Position numbers and translations under genes: made by a program | Notes under the pieces: model-generated | What the model saw: the letters and a program-made list of their open reading frames with translations, nothing else | Databases searched by the model: none | What the model was told of the DNA's origin: nothing | Part shown: in pieces, positions 23,526 to 32,000 of the stretch | How positions within the stretch are numbered: the stretch's first letter is position 1 | How the letters are laid out: every line of letters begins with the position of its first letter | Source: Candidatus Saccharimonadota bacterium | Lineage (GTDB): Bacteria > Patescibacteriota > Saccharimonadia > Saccharimonadales > UBA4665 | DNA: 32,000 bases | Direction: 5' to 3' | Assembly: GCA_002952755.1 (NCBI GenBank) | Contig: CP025011.1 | Coordinates: 810,001 to 842,000, forward strand

Positions 23526-25349
23526 GTGGTGACAAATCGAGAATCTGTAAATCAAGGGGACTTACTATCTCCGCAAGCAGCTATGCTAGGCTATTTGAGC
23601 GTGCCGACTAGCGTAACGCTCGGTAATGTGCCCATTGGTCAGCTTACAAACTGGCGCGCTGCTATTACCGACAAGCCTATGGCCGCATCTGATCGTCTTC
23701 ATGACGCCTGGCTGTCCGTAGAAGTTGGCGCATCGTTAATCACCCAATCGCAAAAAGATGAAACGGATAGCTCATCTATACTCCCTGTCGCTCAACGTCA
23801 CCTCGATCAAGCCCAGAACGCCTTTAGCGAAATTGCTAATGATCCGAAAGCTGACATACAATTACAAGTCAAGGCATTGTTGGCACTGGGCAATATCCCT
23901 GCATTTCGGACTATCCTTTCAGGAGATCACAAATATTTTATTGAAGAGTGTGACATATTATACGATACCCAGTTCACTGCTACAGAAATGCTGCTCCGCC
24001 ATATTAAACGATTTCCGGGTGTCCGCTACAGGCACCTTTTACATGCGTTGGGGGCAACGGTAGCAATTAATTTCGGCAATCCTCATGGCAGCCGTGAAGA
24101 CATTACATATGCCCTACAAGCACCATCACGCGCACAACAATCCAACAATTTGCCCGATGCCCCGCCAATTGCCTTGTGGCACGTGTATCGACCGGACACT
24201 ACGCTGCCGCTGTCGCCCTTACGAGTTGCAGCTACATCAACGCTCGATGCGCCACATATTTCCCCCGCGCTCCTCTTTAACCGTCAATACCCCTCAGACC
24301 ATGGTCAAGGAACATTACAGGCTTACGTCGACTTTAAAAAAACTCGACGAAAGGATATGCGATTTCAGGCCCACAGACATCTTCTAGATGCGAATATACG
24401 CATTTTGGGTGATATTAAGGAAAAAGTAGGTCTAGGAAGTCAGAATAACTCAGTCGCCGATCCCAAAGACACGGAACGAGCCGTCTCGATCTACCTGGAG
24501 ATGCTTCCGGAATTGCACAGCGCTCGTATTAATAGAGAGGAGCTCGAAGCTCTGGCCGCGGACCTTGAAATGAGACTTCATAATAATGAACTCGCGCCTA
24601 CTGAGCAACTCGCACTGGCGTGGATGCATGTTGAAAGCGGACTACTCGGAGCACTTACAGGCGCTCCTAGAGCTGCAGATAAAATGGCATTTGGGCACGC
24701 CGAAGACATTTTGGGAGATCTTTTAGAAAAAATAACAGAATCGCCAACACAGCCAGAAGGGCAGGCACTTGCACCATTTTCTATCTCTATCGACCAAGCG
24801 TCAACAGAGATCTATGGCGCCTTAGCCATACCCGACAGCGAAGAAGATCAAGAGGAAACAATCAATCAATATATCCAACGACTAGCCGGACTCGCTGACA
24901 GCATGTTGGACCAGTACGACAACGCGCCTGACCAAGCTTCTCTGCCAGAAAGCCTTAAACAAAGCCTGCACACTATGACCCTCATGTTGACGGCAATGAA
25001 GCAAATAGGCGGCACGCATGTTGCTGCCGCGAGCTTGCTGCGACAGCGTCATGCGATGCCAAAAGCAAGGCCTGGATCCTGGGACGTGAGTATCTGGCCG
25101 CAAACTCCAGCCGGGTTCAATGCCAATTATCTGGGAAAGGCACGCGTCAGCGAACAAGATGATCTGTCATCGCTCGATATGGACGTAGTAACGTTTTCTT
25201 ATGCACTGCTTAATCCGGATGGTAATTTCGGCATTCTACGCTATCTCACACGCGACTACGAAGGCGCTCCCGGGCAAGCCCCAAAGATGGAGAAAGCGCT
25301 ACAAAAAATTATAGACCGCATACTTCAAACAACCGAATCAATACCGTAG
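23526..25349 (+). CDS. hypothetical protein (607 aa)
   Basis: GTG start with a strong SD (GAGGAG) 9 nt upstream. It is a long uninterrupted ORF, predicted helical and acidic. It has no signal peptide, TM segment, P-loop or HExxH motif. Confidence 0.6.
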   Translation: MVTNRESVNQGDLLSPQAAMLGYLSVPTSVTLGNVPIGQLTNWRAAITDKPMAASDRLHDAWLSVEVGASLITQSQKDETDSSSILPVAQRHLDQAQNAFSEIANDPKADIQLQVKALLALGNIPAFRTILSGDHKYFIEECDILYDTQFTATEMLLRHIKRFPGVRYRHLLHALGATVAINFGNPHGSREDITYALQAPSRAQQSNNLPDAPPIALWHVYRPDTTLPLSPLRVAATSTLDAPHISPALLFNRQYPSDHGQGTLQAYVDFKKTRRKDMRFQAHRHLLDANIRILGDIKEKVGLGSQNNSVADPKDTERAVSIYLEMLPELHSARINREELEALAADLEMRLHNNELAPTEQLALAWMHVESGLLGALTGAPRAADKMAFGHAEDILGDLLEKITESPTQPEGQALAPFSISIDQASTEIYGALAIPDSEEDQEETINQYIQRLAGLADSMLDQYDNAPDQASLPESLKQSLHTMTLMLTAMKQIGGTHVAAASLLRQRHAMPKARPGSWDVSIWPQTPAGFNANYLGKARVSEQDDLSSLDMDVVTFSYALLNPDGNFGILRYLTRDYEGAPGQAPKMEKALQKIIDRILQTTESIP

Positions 25350-25382
25350 GCAGTACTTGTTCCAAAAACGCGGTTAGCGCTC

Positions 25383-26066
25383 TTATCGCAGGCCGCCAAG
25401 TATCATCGAAAGCAAACTCTGAGACATGATTGCACCTCGAAGGATAGGTGTAATTTCTGCAGTACGGCTACCCTCTCCAACCGTCTCAAAATTATGTAAC
25501 AATGGCGCGCCGGTGGGCCCTTGATTGAGCCGGAAACATACTGCCCCAACCCTGAACGAAATCTGACGAAAACTCTCCGGATCTGCATAGCGCGGGTCGG
25601 TTTTGCCCTCGGCCAACAGTTTTGTGAGACGATCATCTATCTCTGCTAGATCGCCAGCATATGCCTCCGTAGCGTCGGCAAATGTTACCCGCAGCACAGT
25701 GCCAGTATCGATCTGAGGAGTACGATGGTAGTGCAGATAATCTGGAGGAGTAGATCCGGGGATGTATGGATTCCCATGCATGCCAATATCAGAATGCTTA
25801 TCTTTAGTTTCAGAAATCGAGGAATCCGCCGTCCATCCATACGTTCGCATATTCAAAGCGTGCACTAACGCACCGATCTTCTGCTGATTGTCGGTAATAG
25901 GGAGACCATAAGGAGATTCGACAGCTCCAGATATGACATAGGCTGCAGTTTGCGTGGCCAAGACCTCTGCGGCTGCTTGCAGCTCGTCTAAAGTCTGGAT
26001 CATCGGGACTTCCCCCATCTGAATTGGTACTACATCTTTAGCCATACTATTTAATCCAATCGACAT
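25383..26066 (-). CDS. hypothetical protein, possible compact TauD/TfdA-like (DSBH) fold
   Basis: 227 aa. KHSDIGMHGNPYIPGSTPPDYL...TGTVLRVTFADATEAYAGDL, and later LLHNFETVGEGSRTAEITPILRG, mimic the TauD/TfdA pattern WHTD....PP...L...P..GG.T.FAD...AY..L and H-x10-R....[IL].G. Confidence 0.5.
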   Translation of the reverse strand: MSIGLNSMAKDVVPIQMGEVPMIQTLDELQAAAEVLATQTAAYVISGAVESPYGLPITDNQQKIGALVHALNMRTYGWTADSSISETKDKHSDIGMHGNPYIPGSTPPDYLHYHRTPQIDTGTVLRVTFADATEAYAGDLAEIDDRLTKLLAEGKTDPRYADPESFRQISFRVGAVCFRLNQGPTGAPLLHNFETVGEGSRTAEITPILRGAIMSQSLLSMILGGLR

Positions 26067-26173
26067 AATACAATACGAACCTATATATATCCAATCCAGC
26101 CTTAAGCCGGCTTACTTAACGAGCAATTGGGCGCGCGTATATAGAAAAATGCTATAATCCGCTGCTTTTAAGC

Positions 26174-27586
26174 ATGGACTATCCCTCTACAGACTCTGGG
26201 GCGTTACGCTCGCTAGGGCAATGGTTCATGCTTGCTATACTTGTGCGTATGACTGATCGAGAAAAACGCCTCAATGCTATGCTTGGCATAACCGGTAGTG
26301 CAATCGTGGCCTATATGATCGCTAGTCTGCTGAATAGGGTACAGCACGCTATCCAGCTCCCGGCCGTCTCTGGCGCGGTATTAGCAGTGATTACGGTGCG
26401 CCCTACAAGTGAGCGACTGACTCAAAGCCGCTTTTTGCAATTATTTAGTGTGCCCCTCATTGTAGTTGGACTGGCGCTTATGCCGCTCGATAAGCTATCT
26501 CGATCGGAGTTTGATTACCTCTTGCTCGGCCTGACTATTGTGGCTACCAGCTTACAAATGATTAGCCGGGGCGCGGCTATGAGCGGGCAACTCATAATCA
26601 AGGTTGTTATGCTAGCGCTAATTGCGCCACCGTTCGTTTCCGGGACGATTGGACACAGGGGTCTGGTGGCCTACCTAACAACGACGATTGCTGCAGTTTG
26701 CGTGTGCTTGATCGAGTATCTGCTGGCGTCTATCTTCCCTCAGCAGAAATCCTTTTCAACAGTTACACCGACGGCTACACCTCGCGACCTACCACTATTG
26801 AAGCGGTCAAGCGTACGACGCAGTATACAATTGTGCATCGCTGTGGCTATCGCTATTTTGGTAGGGCAGTGGCTGTTCCCGAGCGATTCTCACTGGATGG
26901 TTTTATCGGTATTTATCGTTGGTGCAGGCGCAATTTCGCGGGGACATGCTTTCTTAAAAGGTTTCGAGCGGCTTGCGGGCGCCTGTATCGGTACGGTTTT
27001 TGGCGCTTTGCTCGTGCATTTCAGCTCATACATTCCGTCGAGTGAAGTTTTGGTATTCACCATTCTCGGTGTAGTAAGTTTTTGGCGGCCGACGTTTTAT
27101 TGGGCCTGGGCGGTTGGCACGACATTGCTCGCTAGTATGCTGCATTTGGTATCGTCGTCGGGCTCGCTGCAACTTGGCTTGCGCCTCGAAGAGATTGTTG
27201 CGGGGTCGGCAATCGCTATAGTAATCAGTTATTTTATACTCCCCATAAAGACCAGGAGAGTGCTGCAAAAGTATGCATGGGATGCCTGGAAGGCTAGCCG
27301 GCAAGCATTGCAATTGATTGACGGCCCACATAAGCTGGAAGAAATCGAAGCTCTACACCATGCCGACGAGTCACTTCATAAGCTACAGACGATGATGCGC
27401 TCGCCTGCCTTTGCCAAGGCCCCTCATCAACATATGCGGGTGGTTGCCAGTGATTTAGAGAAGGTTTTACTCAGCCTGCACAATATCCAAGAAACGGAGC
27501 AGCATAATACGCCTGACGCATTAACTCAGAAACAGCATGCTCGCCAAACACTGGCGCACGTCTATCAGGCCCTACGGAATACTTAA
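26174..27586 (+). CDS. FUSC/ArAE-like integral membrane protein (aromatic-acid exporter family)
   Basis: About 10 hydrophobic segments. The second-half motif is SIQLCIAVAIAILVGQWLFPSDSHWMVLSVFIV...FERLAGACIGTVFGALLV, followed by a cytoplasmic helical tail. Confidence 0.6.
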   Translation: MDYPSTDSGALRSLGQWFMLAILVRMTDREKRLNAMLGITGSAIVAYMIASLLNRVQHAIQLPAVSGAVLAVITVRPTSERLTQSRFLQLFSVPLIVVGLALMPLDKLSRSEFDYLLLGLTIVATSLQMISRGAAMSGQLIIKVVMLALIAPPFVSGTIGHRGLVAYLTTTIAAVCVCLIEYLLASIFPQQKSFSTVTPTATPRDLPLLKRSSVRRSIQLCIAVAIAILVGQWLFPSDSHWMVLSVFIVGAGAISRGHAFLKGFERLAGACIGTVFGALLVHFSSYIPSSEVLVFTILGVVSFWRPTFYWAWAVGTTLLASMLHLVSSSGSLQLGLRLEEIVAGSAIAIVISYFILPIKTRRVLQKYAWDAWKASRQALQLIDGPHKLEEIEALHHADESLHKLQTMMRSPAFAKAPHQHMRVVASDLEKVLLSLHNIQETEQHNTPDALTQKQHARQTLAHVYQALRNT

Positions 27587-27621
27587 TGACTCAGCTCAAG
27601 CAATAGCCGGGGTGGGATAAT

Positions 27622-27999
27622 TTAGGCCAAAGCGACAAGTATACTCGCAATCAACGCCATCTTAACGAGCCAATCACCCATGTGGGATACTGCTGTCTTC
27701 CAGGACATGTCTTCCCACATACTCGTGCCAGCAAAGAGCACGACGGGGAAGGCTAACCACAGCCAAAAGCTATGACGCAGCCCATCGGAGACATGTATCA
27801 CGCCGAGCTTTGCAAATACATGTGCCAGTATAAAAACAAACCCAAAATTGCGGACGATCTCCGCGCCAAGTTTCCAGGCGGGTGGCTTATTGTTTGCTTC
27901 AGATGATCCAGTGAGCTTATTGAGCACCAGGTAGTACAGCGTGCTCCAAACAAAAGCTGCTACCGCCGCTATCATCATAGCTATATAATTTGTTTCCAT
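27622..27999 (-). CDS. small 4-TM membrane protein, DUF1761-like
   Basis: METNYIAMMIAAVAAFVWSTLYYLVLNKL plus three more hydrophobic helices. The SD AAGGAGAG lies upstream. It starts 25 nt downstream of tetR, so it is likely co-transcribed. Confidence 0.55.
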   Translation of the reverse strand: METNYIAMMIAAVAAFVWSTLYYLVLNKLTGSSEANNKPPAWKLGAEIVRNFGFVFILAHVFAKLGVIHVSDGLRHSFWLWLAFPVVLFAGTSMWEDMSWKTAVSHMGDWLVKMALIASILVALA

Positions 28000-28024
28000 A
28001 TCTCTCCTTATGTATTACCTTTTA

Positions 28025-28633
28025 TTATTGATCATTATGAACCAAAGCGTATGTGCTAATAATGGGCTCGAGCATCTCAGCAATTTCTGTAGGGTCGGCA
28101 GACGCCATTGTGTCAAGTCCAACGATATACCGAGTTAGGAAGATCCCCACAATATGAGAGCCGAGCAGGCTCGCCTTGAGATTCGCTTGCGACCCGCCCA
28201 GTGCTCTGGAAATAGGCAAGATGATCTGCTCTTCCACAAAAACCCGCATAAGCGTGGCAGCCTCAGGCTCAGAAGCAGCTGCTCGAATGAGGCCTGTCAA
28301 AATATTGCGAGTCTCAGGATCTTCCATAATCCGTACGATAAGCACAGCAATTGCCGGCCCAAATGCTTCAGGCGTTGAAATAGTAGCAAGAGCTTGCGAT
28401 AACCGGCTAGGGCCCTGATAGTCCGGCAGCATGGCCTCCAAAAACAATTGCTGTTTGGTTTTGAAATAATGCATAGGCAGAGCAGGATCGACTTGAGCTG
28501 CGGCTGCTACGAGACGAATAGTAGTGTGCTCATAGCCTTTCTCGGAAAACAGTCGCCGGGCAGCTTCTAAAATACTTCTTCGGGTATCGTTGCTACCTGA
28601 ACGGCGCCCTAGGGGTTTGGTTTGCTTGGCCAT
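28025..28633 (-). CDS. TetR/AcrR family transcriptional regulator
   Basis: I chose the start at the internal Met (MAKQTKPLGRR), which has the SD GGAGAA. The HTH reads RRSILEAARRLFSEKGYEHTTIRLVAAAAQVDPALPMHYFKTKQQLF. Confidence 0.85.
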   Translation of the reverse strand: MAKQTKPLGRRSGSNDTRRSILEAARRLFSEKGYEHTTIRLVAAAAQVDPALPMHYFKTKQQLFLEAMLPDYQGPSRLSQALATISTPEAFGPAIAVLIVRIMEDPETRNILTGLIRAAASEPEAATLMRVFVEEQIILPISRALGGSQANLKASLLGSHIVGIFLTRYIVGLDTMASADPTEIAEMLEPIISTYALVHNDQ

Positions 28634-28660
28634 ATTTCTCCTTCGGTACTTTAGACCTAG

Positions 28661-28688
28661 TTGACAAAACAGTCGTTGCCTGTATAAT
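28661..28688 (+). promoter_or_regulatory. near-consensus promoter of the NAD(P)-binding protein gene
   Basis: TTGACA (28661-28666), a 16-nt spacer, TATAAT (28683-28688). The predicted TSS at about 28695-28696 coincides with ATG 28696. Confidence 0.6.
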
Positions 28689-28709
28689 TCAACACATGAT
28701 GAATTATAC
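28682..28709. promoter_or_regulatory. candidate TetR operator (10-bp inverted repeat)
   Basis: GTATAATTCA-N8-TGAATTATAC, with perfect arms. It overlaps the -10 box and the TSS in the tetR-divergent intergenic region. Confidence 0.55.
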
Positions 28710-28740
28710 GAAAGATAGCATGTCGTTGCAAGCAAAACCT

Positions 28741-29367
28741 ATGAAACTAGTAATCTTTGGCGCTGCCAGCGGGATTGGGAAAGAAGCCGCTTTGCAGGCT
28801 GCTGCAGCCGGTCACCAAGTAACTGGAGTGGTCCGACGCAATCCGCCTTCTACTCCTGGAATACACTATGTACAGGGCGATGTGACTGATGCTGCGTTTG
28901 TCGCTCGTATAACCAAAGGAAGCGATGCCGTTATATCGGCTGTCGGGACTGCACAATTCAAACAACCTCTCACCTTATATTCTGACGGAGCCAAGGCGCT
29001 TATCAAGGGCATGAAGCAATCAGGTGTGAAGCGGCTCATCGTACTTTCTGCCGGCGGCGCAACAGTAGAAGAAAATGACCCGCTCATATTCCGATTCGTC
29101 CTCAAACCCATCCTGCAGCGCTTCCTAAAATATTTATACGAGGACATGCTCCGCATGGAGCGACTCTTGGAAGCCTCTGCTCTAGATTGGACAATTCTGC
29201 GTTTATCCTATCTAACTAATAAACCCGTAACGGGCAAATACCGCATAGCCCGCGAATCCGCCGTTCGTTTTGGGTGGTCCATTAGGCGGGCTGATGCAGC
29301 ACACTACATACTGCATAACATAGATAATCAGAAAGACTATCAGCGTCATATTTGCATTGCAAATTAG
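28741..29367 (+). CDS. NAD(P)H-binding Rossmann protein (atypical SDR / NmrA / BVR-B-like)
   Basis: Motifs present: MKLVIFGAASGIGKEAALQAAAAGHQVTGVVRR (GxxGxxG), VQGDVTD and DAVISAVG. The ORF also opens at ATG 28696, which would be a leaderless start adding 15 aa. Confidence 0.8.
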   Translation: MKLVIFGAASGIGKEAALQAAAAGHQVTGVVRRNPPSTPGIHYVQGDVTDAAFVARITKGSDAVISAVGTAQFKQPLTLYSDGAKALIKGMKQSGVKRLIVLSAGGATVEENDPLIFRFVLKPILQRFLKYLYEDMLRMERLLEASALDWTILRLSYLTNKPVTGKYRIARESAVRFGWSIRRADAAHYILHNIDNQKDYQRHICIAN

Positions 29368-29442
29368 GTGTAAGCATCCCTGTATCTGTTTAGAAATATA
29401 GAGCAGGGCACAGAAAAACAAAACGCCGGTGATACGTCGACT

Positions 29443-31947
29443 TTATTCTGCTACTGCCTTATGGCGTACCACACGGACGTTGCCGTTCGACATGACACTA
29501 ACCTGGTACTCCCGCAAAAAGAATGTCCCAAGGGTATTGACGGCTTTACGCTCCGAACCCCAGGGTGTTCTAAAAAAGATTGACAATTCAGTTTTAGGAG
29601 GTATGACGATTGTCTGAGGCGTGCCATCAGGGAGTTCGTATTCAATTTTAAAGGGCTTGGAAATCTGGTGAGTTATGCGTCGCTTGGGTTGAGATGCAAC
29701 CAGAGTTTCCCAGTTCTCTTTGGCTTCCTGCGTCAGCCATCCTGCATGACTTATTCGATCTATAGGCCGTACAAGGGCGGGGGTCACTGGGGGCATCGCC
29801 TGGTTCAAAAGAACGTCCCCCAGCTCCTTCACGGCCGATTCTTGCCCCGCAGCTAGAGCCGACTGCTCTCCATGAGTCTTATGAGAGGTGTTATCTTCTG
29901 GCAACGATGTCACTAGAGAGGAATCAGTACCCGCGTTGCCACTTTTCCCACCAGCAGCCGCTGCAGAAGAAGAATCCTCCGGGAAATCGTCCCAATCTTC
30001 TGCGTACGCACGCACCGCCCTTGGCTCGGGAGGGCTGAGGGGCGATAAGCTGTCGACAATATTGGACTCTCCGAGAAGGCCCTTATACGCTAATAGAACA
30101 GAGCCGATATTGTTACCATACAGCAACCGATCAATTCCCAACCTACTGGCAAGTGTGGCACGTTCGTATTCCGTAGCAGTTGACCGAATGCTCTTCGAGA
30201 ATGAAATCGTTCGCTCAGCCCCACCACCAGACAACTCCAAAATACCGTTTGCCAGCGCCTCACTGACGCGTACTGACGCGTCTTCTGCATCTGCTCGATA
30301 CCGGGCGATAATTTTTTTCTGAAGCCAATGTGTGGTTGGAGCGTCCAACTCGTGTAACGAGGCGAGATCTTCGGGTGCCACGTCAATTATTTCCGCGCCC
30401 ACAACTGTACTGAACCCGCGCGGACGAGCTGGCTCAGACAGCTCGTCGTCTTTTGTCACATGGCGTAATAACAACATATCTTCGCTGAGCAACGAGAGCG
30501 TAGGTGGAATATGGGGTGACTCTTCGGACGATCGGCTAGTCAAAGCCTCGACTTTAGAGAGAAGGCCTTCTTGGATATACCTCCCCCAATCTTCCACGCC
30601 GAGAGCACTGGCGAGGCGCTGTCGATCGATAGTGGCACCATACAACAATAAGTCCAAGCCATAATGACTCGCCAATGCCAGACGTTCAAAAGGCTCCAAA
30701 GGAATAGCGAAGGTTATATACCTTCCATTGACAGGATCGCGAATAGAGTTAACATGTGCTTGAAAATTGAGATCCTGCAGGACCGAAGGGGCACCAAGTG
30801 CCGACGTCAATACACCTTGGTTAACGCACGCAAAAACTTGTTCTGCAACTTCATCAAACATTTCCAGTGGGTAGCAAGCAGCGACGCGTCTGACTTCCCA
30901 GCGCTCCAGAAGTTTTCCGGCAGCTCCTCCTGCGACCCGGCCCGCAAATCTTCCATTAGCCTTTGCTATACGATAGGCCAGTTCAATCTCTTCCGGTGAG
31001 CCATTTGTCTTAATAGACCTTCGCCGCATAGCCCTGCCTTCAGTATCCTCTGCTGTAATCTTATCCAAAAATTCCTGTGCCGCCACAAGCGGATCGTTAG
31101 GGCGGTGTTTGGCGATACGGCGAAGCGTACCAGGGGTAATGCCAGGCCTAGCGCCGATAAAATCAACCAGGAGGCGCATATTATTAATAAATCTCTCGAG
31201 CGCATCGGCATAATTATCGGTGTTGCCCGTAGCGATATCCAACATATCCGCGACGCGAAGGTAAGGGTGATCGGCTCCGTAGCGAGCAATACTGGCTTCG
31301 ACACGCTCGGTGATCGCCCGAAAAACAGCCTCCGGATCAGCGACCGCATTTACGGTCTTCCGGATCATGCCACGCCTTATGGGAGTGCTGCCGACAAACC
31401 GCTCTTCAAGAGCCTTTTCAACTGCTGGGTCGACTAACTTATTGAGGCGGGCGGCCATACGCAAAGATGCTTCAGAACCGCCCGGATGTAGCAGTCGGTT
31501 AGCGTGAAGCATGGTCTTGTACCTTTTAAGTACCCGTTCCGGCTCCCGCCAGCTGCGGCGGACCATATCATGGAATTCAGAATTCGACATATCTCCGTCA
31601 AGATGCAAGGTAGCAAGCTGCTTCCACTCTGCCGCGCTACGGCTCAACCCCTGCTTAGCCGGCCTCAAAAAGCCGTTCCGGGCAAGCTCGATAACATCCT
31701 CAAGATACTCACAAATGATCGGGAAGTTGTCTTCAAGCTTGAAATGTTCTGGCGAATAGCGGTTTTCGCGGCTGGCCCGAGCTTTGGTAGGATTTCCTTT
31801 AGTCGTCGTAAACCGTACAAAGTCAGCTTGTTGACAGAGGACGAGGGCGATAGACTCAACGGCTCGTTGCGCATCGGTTATCTTTATCAGCTGCCGGTCC
31901 GACATATCCTCAAAAATTTGGGGAGTACGGTCCGCTAGCTTCTCCAT
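29443..31947 (-). CDS. large hypothetical protein (834 aa) with an internal duplicated module
   Basis: The SD GGAGAA lies 8 nt upstream of ATG 31947. There is no signal peptide, TM segment or P-loop. It has two copies of an ER..LAS..G.D.LLYG module, an acidic/Ser-rich linker (EDWDDFPEDSSSAAAAGG) and a beta-rich C-terminal domain. Confidence 0.65.
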   Translation of the reverse strand: MEKLADRTPQIFEDMSDRQLIKITDAQRAVESIALVLCQQADFVRFTTTKGNPTKARASRENRYSPEHFKLEDNFPIICEYLEDVIELARNGFLRPAKQGLSRSAAEWKQLATLHLDGDMSNSEFHDMVRRSWREPERVLKRYKTMLHANRLLHPGGSEASLRMAARLNKLVDPAVEKALEERFVGSTPIRRGMIRKTVNAVADPEAVFRAITERVEASIARYGADHPYLRVADMLDIATGNTDNYADALERFINNMRLLVDFIGARPGITPGTLRRIAKHRPNDPLVAAQEFLDKITAEDTEGRAMRRRSIKTNGSPEEIELAYRIAKANGRFAGRVAGGAAGKLLERWEVRRVAACYPLEMFDEVAEQVFACVNQGVLTSALGAPSVLQDLNFQAHVNSIRDPVNGRYITFAIPLEPFERLALASHYGLDLLLYGATIDRQRLASALGVEDWGRYIQEGLLSKVEALTSRSSEESPHIPPTLSLLSEDMLLLRHVTKDDELSEPARPRGFSTVVGAEIIDVAPEDLASLHELDAPTTHWLQKKIIARYRADAEDASVRVSEALANGILELSGGGAERTISFSKSIRSTATEYERATLASRLGIDRLLYGNNIGSVLLAYKGLLGESNIVDSLSPLSPPEPRAVRAYAEDWDDFPEDSSSAAAAGGKSGNAGTDSSLVTSLPEDNTSHKTHGEQSALAAGQESAVKELGDVLLNQAMPPVTPALVRPIDRISHAGWLTQEAKENWETLVASQPKRRITHQISKPFKIEYELPDGTPQTIVIPPKTELSIFFRTPWGSERKAVNTLGTFFLREYQVSVMSNGNVRVVRHKAVAE
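30070..30297 (-). repeat. intragenic module copy B (aa 551-626)
   Basis: LANGILELSGGGAERTISFSKSIRSTATEYERATLASRLGIDRLLYGNNIGSVLLAYKGLLG. Confidence 0.55.
30598..30837 (-). repeat. intragenic module copy A (aa 371-450)
   Basis: VNQGVL...RYITFAIPLEPFERLALASHYGLDLLLYGATIDRQRLASALG. Confidence 0.55.
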
Positions 31948-32000
31948 GATGTGTTCTCCGATACGAGGAAGCTCAGTTGGTCGAGGGCCATCAATATAAA

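Noticed and set aside
31504-31938. 144-aa plus-strand ORF and other 60-144-aa ORFs antisense to the 834-aa gene
   Set aside because: They are nested in a much longer ORF that has an SD and internal protein-level repeats. The antisense peptides are low-complexity with no start signals.
1-32000. CRISPR arrays, transposases/IS elements, rRNA, alternative genetic code (UGA recoding)
   Set aside because: I saw no regularly spaced direct repeats and no DDE or serine/tyrosine recombinase motifs. Long ORFs terminate normally at TGA, for example the GT gene at 15096-15098, so the standard code fits.

Overview
This is a gene-dense 32-kb window of about 50% GC that uses the standard genetic code: long ORFs end at TGA, TAA and TAG. 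I call 31 protein-coding genes and 3 tRNAs, all three with an encoded CCA end. Recognisable genes are msrA, ribosomal protein L33, a translationally coupled GT / GH57 / GH15 alpha-glucan (glycogen-type) operon, a DAGK/YegS-type lipid kinase, an M20 peptidase, an M13 (PepO-like) endopeptidase, a FUSC-like membrane protein, and a TetR / DUF1761-like / NAD(P)-binding cassette. An LAXTG-anchored surface protein, a Pro/Ser/Thr-rich bitopic protein and the large share of orphan ORFs suggest a Gram-positive-type, reduced-genome lineage. Saccharibacteria/Patescibacteria-like is my guess, by inference only. I found no CRISPR array, transposase, integrase, rRNA or canonical defence gene. About 14 ORFs match no family I recognise, and they hold the signals most worth following. 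(1) A co-directional four-gene cluster at 17584-20194 encodes a lipid kinase, a His-rich ExxH protein, a wHTH fused to a degenerate Nudix domain, and a second degenerate Nudix protein. (2) An 834-aa orphan (29443-31947) has an internal duplicated ER..LAS..G.D.LLYG module, and its upstream partners lie beyond the window edge. (3) Four small acidic orphans share a hydrophobic-strand-SH[TNS] motif, and two of them flank the tRNA cluster divergently. (4) Two orphan paralogs sit in tandem at 1511-2702. (5) A 227-aa orphan shows HSD...H...R spacing reminiscent of a compact TauD/TfdA-like fold. Several orphan genes also have TTGnnn-17-TAnnnT promoters placed 6-8 nt from the ATG, which suggests leaderless mRNAs. 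All functional calls come from reading motifs by eye. No database search was run.
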